Source: Chiloscyllium plagiosum
Taxonomy: Eukaryota
Direction of reading: 5' to 3'
NCBI RefSeq assembly: GCF_004010195.1
Contig: NW_025214080.1
Span: 1-38,898, forward strand
Length of the DNA stretch: 38,898 nt
Shown here: positions 34,891 through 38,898 of the stretch, one piece after another
How the letters are laid out: every line of letters starts with the position of its first letter
Position numbering within the stretch: position 1 is the first letter of the stretch
Notes under the pieces: generated by a model
Seen by the model: the letters and a program-made list of their open reading frames with translations, nothing else
What the model was told of the DNA's origin: nothing
The model's database searches: none
Made by a program: the position numbers and the translations under genes

Positions 34891-35089
34891 TTACCCCGGT
34901 GGTCCCAATGCGCCCGGCTCCATGGGCATTCCTCCACACAGCAGGCCGCCAACAGATTTCACCCAGCCCGCGGCCGCGGCGGCAGCTGCAGCGGTAGCAG
35001 CCGCCGCAGCCACAGCTACCGCAACTGCAACCGCCACTGTGGCTGCCCTGCAAGAGAAGCAGAACCAGGAAATGAACCAGTATGGCCCG
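34891..35089 (+). CDS. ZMIZ2: ZMIZ-family coding exon D (alanine-rich region)
   Basis: tttttttcAG|t tac ... ccg|GTaagg; 199 nt, phase 2 to 0. Encodes [66 protein letters not shown]. Confidence 0.96.
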
Positions 35090-35429
35090 GTAAGGCACAG
35101 TGAGTCTCCATCGCTGAAAACCACCTCTTGTCCACTGCTCGTCCATCCGTTAGTCAAGTCTGTAATGTCTTGGCAGAGTGGTGTGTTACTGTGAAGGTGC
35201 CTCGGCACTTCGAGAAATCAGTTTTTGGTCAGATCGACGAAAGAAAGATCCTGCATTTATGTAGCACCATCCAAGACTGCGGGGCGTTTTCATAAGCATT
35301 TTACAATCAATCCTTTTGAGTTGTTGTCACTTCAGGGGAAACTCCTTGATCCAAAGAGTGTTTAGAATCTGGAACTTGCTTCCATCAATGTCTTTGTGCA
35401 GAGGTTAGATAAAGGCATGAAGCAGAAGC

Positions 35430-35770
35430 ATTGGTCTTTTTTAATTCAGCCATGGGATATGTGCTTTTACTGTGCATCCCAATTGCTCTTGAGAAGGCAG
35501 TGGCAGTTTGTGCTTTAAATAGAAATGAATGGCTTGCACGGCCTTTTCTATTGTTTTGAGTCTGGAGCGTCACACGGGTCAGACCAGATAAGGACAGCAG
35601 TTTGTCTTCATTAAGGGCATTAGATGTGATTACTCTTACTAACTTCTTATTTCCAATTTATTTGATTCATTTTGGTTTCATTTCTAATTTATTGCAATTC
35701 ACATCTCCTGGTTGTTAATCCAGGCCTCCATGTTGCTAATCCAGTAATGTAACCACTAAACCACACCCTG
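35430..35770 (-). mobile_element. tRNA-derived SINE (family B), older copy
   Basis: gagtctggagcgtcacacgggtcagaccagataaggacagcag...ctaatccagtaatgtaaccac. Confidence 0.65.
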
Positions 35771-35777
35771 AGTTTTC

Positions 35778-36470
35778 TTTTATATTCATTCGTCGGATAT
35801 GGATGTTGCTGGCTAGGCCAGCATTTATTGCCCATTCCTAATTGCCCAGAGGATAGTTGACAATCAGTGACATTATTGTGGGCCTGGATTCAGGTGAAGG
35901 CCAGACCAGGTAAGGATGGCAGATTTCCTTCCCTCAAGGACATTAGTGAACCAGATGGGTTTTTTCCAACAATTGGCAATGGATTTGAGGTCATCATCGT
36001 AATTCCAGATGTTTATTGATCATAGAATCCCGACAGTGTGGAAACAGGCCCTTTGGCCTAACAAGTCCACACCGATCCTCCAAAGAGTAACCCACCCAGT
36101 CCCATTTCCCCTCCCCTATTATCTTATACTAACCCCAGACTAATGCATGAATCTACACATCCCTGAACACAGTGGGGAATTTAGCATGGCCAATTCACCT
36201 AACCTATACAACTTTGGATTGTGGGGGGAAACCAGAGCTCCCGGAGGAAACCTCACGCAGACACTGGGAGAATGTGCAAACTCCACACAGTTGCCCTAGG
36301 CTGGAATCGAACCTGGGTCCATAGCATTGAGAGGCAGCAGTGCCACCCCAAATTCAAATTTAATTCAAATTCCACCTTTGCTAAGGCAGGATATGAACCC
36401 AGGTCCACAGGAAATTACCTGGGTCTCCACATTAAGAGTCCAGTGATAATACCACTGGCCGTCACCTCCC
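35778..36470 (-). mobile_element. tRNA-derived SINE (family B) with a nested HE1
   Basis: ttcattcgtcggatatggatgttgctggctaggccagcatttattgccc...; head gaacccaggtcc...ccagtgataataccactggccgtcacctccc. Confidence 0.8.
36019..36349 (-). mobile_element. HE1-type V-SINE
   Basis: tcatagaatcccgacagtgtggaaacagg...gggagaatgtgcaaactccacacag...ggaatcgaacctgggtcc. Confidence 0.9.
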
Positions 36471-36564
36471 TAAGCATGGGGTTTGACGACGAGGGGAGGC
36501 AGAGGAGGCCTTTAGGGGACATAAACTCCAGCATTGACCTGTCGGGCTGAACGTGTGCACATTT

Positions 36565-36795
36565 TGTAATGTTCTTGTCATGTCAGAAATGCAGCAGCCA
36601 AATGACACAGTATGGTGAGATCACCTACAAGATAGTCTTGGTTGCTGAGGGATCTTGTCTGAGAGAGGTGGCACCTCCAGCACTGCAGCACTCCATCTAT
36701 CCGTTGAGGGTATGTCCTCGAGGGTCCTGGAATGCGGGTTTACCACCACAACTTAGCCAAATGGGAGGCAGTGGTGCTACTTACTGAGCCATTGC
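36565..36795 (-). mobile_element. DeuSINE-like degenerate fragment
   Basis: ggtggcacctccagcactgcagcactcc...ggcagtggtgctacttactgagcca (tRNA head in reverse). Confidence 0.45.
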
Positions 36796-37385
36796 TGAGG
36801 GGACAAGAGCGAAACATATGAACTGAACCCAGGAAATACGGGTGACAACGTGAGCCCATGCATCGTGAACAGGCCACCCATTCCCCATCAACCAGCCCAG
36901 ACCTGCAGGTATAAATCCAGCGCTTGCTTCAGACAGCCAGAGAGTGACACAGCAGGGCAGTAAACAGGCGTAAAGCCCAAGAGCATAACTCTTTTGTAAA
37001 ACGCAAAGTGGGTACCCATTGAAAGAAAATATATCCACTAAAGTGCCTCGTTCAAAAGGCAATAAACGCCACATTTTTAATAAAAGCAAGGAAAGGTGAT
37101 CAAATTAAAGGATAGTGGTGGTTCTGGCTCTGCACTCCAGTTCCCACTGCTTGTGGAAGGCCCTCAAATGGGCAGATCCCACATGCTATCTCTTTCAGGG
37201 GCAAGTTGTGTCACGCCCATTACTGCACCCACACACAGGATCCTAACCATCGTGCCAGCACCCATTAGCTTCACCAGACGTTAATTCCAATCAGAGTACT
37301 TTTTCCACCACCACTTCCCATCCACTCCAGGCTGGCGTTTGCATTCTGAAGCATCATTCTCAAGGCTGTCTCTCCTTTTTCACAG

Positions 37386-37664
37386 ATGGGCCCAGCCCAG
37401 GCTTACAACAATCAATTCATGAATCAACAGGGTGCCCGTGGCCCCTCGTCCATGCAAGGCAACATGAACCCAGGAAGTATGGGAGGTGGCATAACCCCAT
37501 CCAGCATGAGCGGGCCCCCTATGCCCATCAACCAGCCCAGACCTCCAGGGATGAATCCAGTGTTTGCGTCCCACAGCCAGCGAGTGTCACAGCAGGGCTA
37601 CCCAGGCCCACGGCCATCACAGCCAATGCCTATGCAGGGAGTGAAAAGACCCTATCCGGGCGAG
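37386..37664 (+). CDS. ZMIZ2: ZMIZ-family coding exon E (Pro/Met/Gln-rich region)
   Basis: ccttttt cacAG|atg ... gag|GTgagc; 279 nt, phase 0 to 0. Encodes [14 protein letters not shown]...[10 protein letters not shown]. Confidence 0.95.
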
Positions 37665-37964
37665 GTGAGCAAAGCTAAGGTACAGGCCTGATGAGCAACA
37701 GGCATTTACTTCTGTGTTCAAAGCTATGCATTGAAAGGGTAGAGCTGAAGCCTACTCATTCCAGCCCTGATAAGCTTTAATTTAGAAAGATGCATTGTAA
37801 CCACTTTTGGTCTGTTCTTTCAACAAAACCGAAACAAGTTACATTAAAATGTGGCAGCCTTTTCAGGGGTCATTGTAACAAAAGTCAAAACTTGAAAAGT
37901 TTCAGTCTTGTGTGATGATGATACTCACTGACTGCAGGAGGTTGAAGAGTGCCAGTGGACTACT

Positions 37965-38090
37965 TGGTTTTAATCAACCTGTTTGAGCATGTTATGACAG
38001 AGCTGCATGGCCACCTCGCATCCTAAGCTGAGACTTGAACCCAGACTTTTCTGATCCAGGGGTAAGGACAATACAACCATACCATAAGAC
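37965..38090 (-). mobile_element. Short tRNA-derived SINE-like repeat (family C)
   Basis: ttttaatcaacctgtttgagcatgttatgac...gacttgaacccagac...accataagac. Confidence 0.65.
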
Positions 38091-38177
38091 CCTCCTTTTA
38101 ATAGGAGCACAAGTGAAACCCCTGTTAGTGACAGCCTTCTGAATGCACTGACATAGTTAATAATATACAGCATTACC

Positions 38178-38292
38178 AGCTCTTATGGTGCAGTGGTACT
38201 GACCCAGCCTTTGACCCAGGAGATCTGGCCCACCCTGCACCAGCAGTGTGTCATAATGTGTCTGAAGAGTTTGATTAGAAATATCTGGAAGT
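38178..38292 (+). mobile_element. Short tRNA-derived SINE-like repeat (family C)
   Basis: agctcttatggtgcagtggtac...tgtgtcataatgtgtctgaagagtttgattagaaatatctggaa. Confidence 0.7.
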
Positions 38293-38504
38293 TGGGGAAC
38301 CAGCTCCTTCACTCTCTCTTCCTACCTCAGCTCCATCTTTGATCTGCATTACCCTTTATGGAAATTTGGATATAAATGTAATCATTTGGAAAACAGGGAT
38401 AATTTCATGGTGGTGATTAATAGGTGGAAATGTTGGTAATGAGAAAAGCCACTGCGGTTGTGATAGCACTTCTGGATACAAGAAAGAAAAATAGACAATG
38501 TTAA

Positions 38505-38898
38505 AGCTCTTGTGGTGCAGTGGTTGTGTCCCTACTTCTGAGCCAGGAGGCCCGGGTTTCCCACTTGCACCAGCGGTGTGTAAAAACATAGATTGCAGTG
38601 GAGGCAATACAGCATCAAGTCTGCATTGACATTCCCCACTAAAAAGCATCCAACCCAAATCCACACCCCATTCCCCTGTATTTACCATGGCCAATCCACC
38701 TAACCTGCACATCTTTGGACCTGTGGATTGAAAAAAGGAAACCCACGCAGACATGGGCAGAATGTGCAAATTCAACACAGACAGTTGCCAGAGGTTAGAA
38801 TCGAACCCAGAGCACTGCTGTTTCACAGCACCTGGGACAAACACTGTGCCATTATACCATCCTAATCCCTGAACAGATTGATTAAAAATATCTAGAAC
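38505..38898 (+). mobile_element. Family C SINE-like repeat with a minus-strand HE1 (~38590-38852) nested inside
   Basis: agctcttgtggtgcagtggttgtgtccctacttctgagccagg...; resumes atccctgaacagattgattaaaaatatctagaac. Confidence 0.75.

Noticed and set aside
34817..35208. Antisense and alternate-frame ORFs over exon D
   Set aside because: Shadows of the GC-rich Ala/Thr codons.

Overview
Eukaryotic (non-bacterial) DNA, very probably from a shark or other cartilaginous fish, judging by HE1-type V-SINEs, CR1/HER1-type LINE tails and DeuSINE-like remnants. The window holds five internal + strand coding exons of a ZMIZ-family gene (zinc finger MIZ-type co-activator): 25451-25604, 31648-31762, 33643-33863, 34891-35089 and 37386-37664. 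They splice in frame at GT-AG sites, and the gene extends past both window ends. The protein looks ZMIZ1-like overall, but its diagnostic residues are ZMIZ2-like, suggesting a ZMIZ2 orthologue that kept the N-terminal domain mammalian ZMIZ2 lacks. The rest is TE-rich intron with an 881-N gap (15396-16276). The most striking non-coding signal is eight Penelope-like (PLE) insertions, seven carrying minimal type-I hammerhead ribozyme motifs and one a partial motif. All are sense to the host gene, and several have 11-14 bp target-site duplications and inverted pLTR arms. Also present: a 91-bp self-templated inverted insertion in a CR1, a ~400/510-bp tandem duplication, a (GTCACTCTCT)n array making a ~480-nt AG-free zone before an exon, and tandem alternative acceptors. 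TE boundaries are approximate and family names come from recalled similarity, not a database search.
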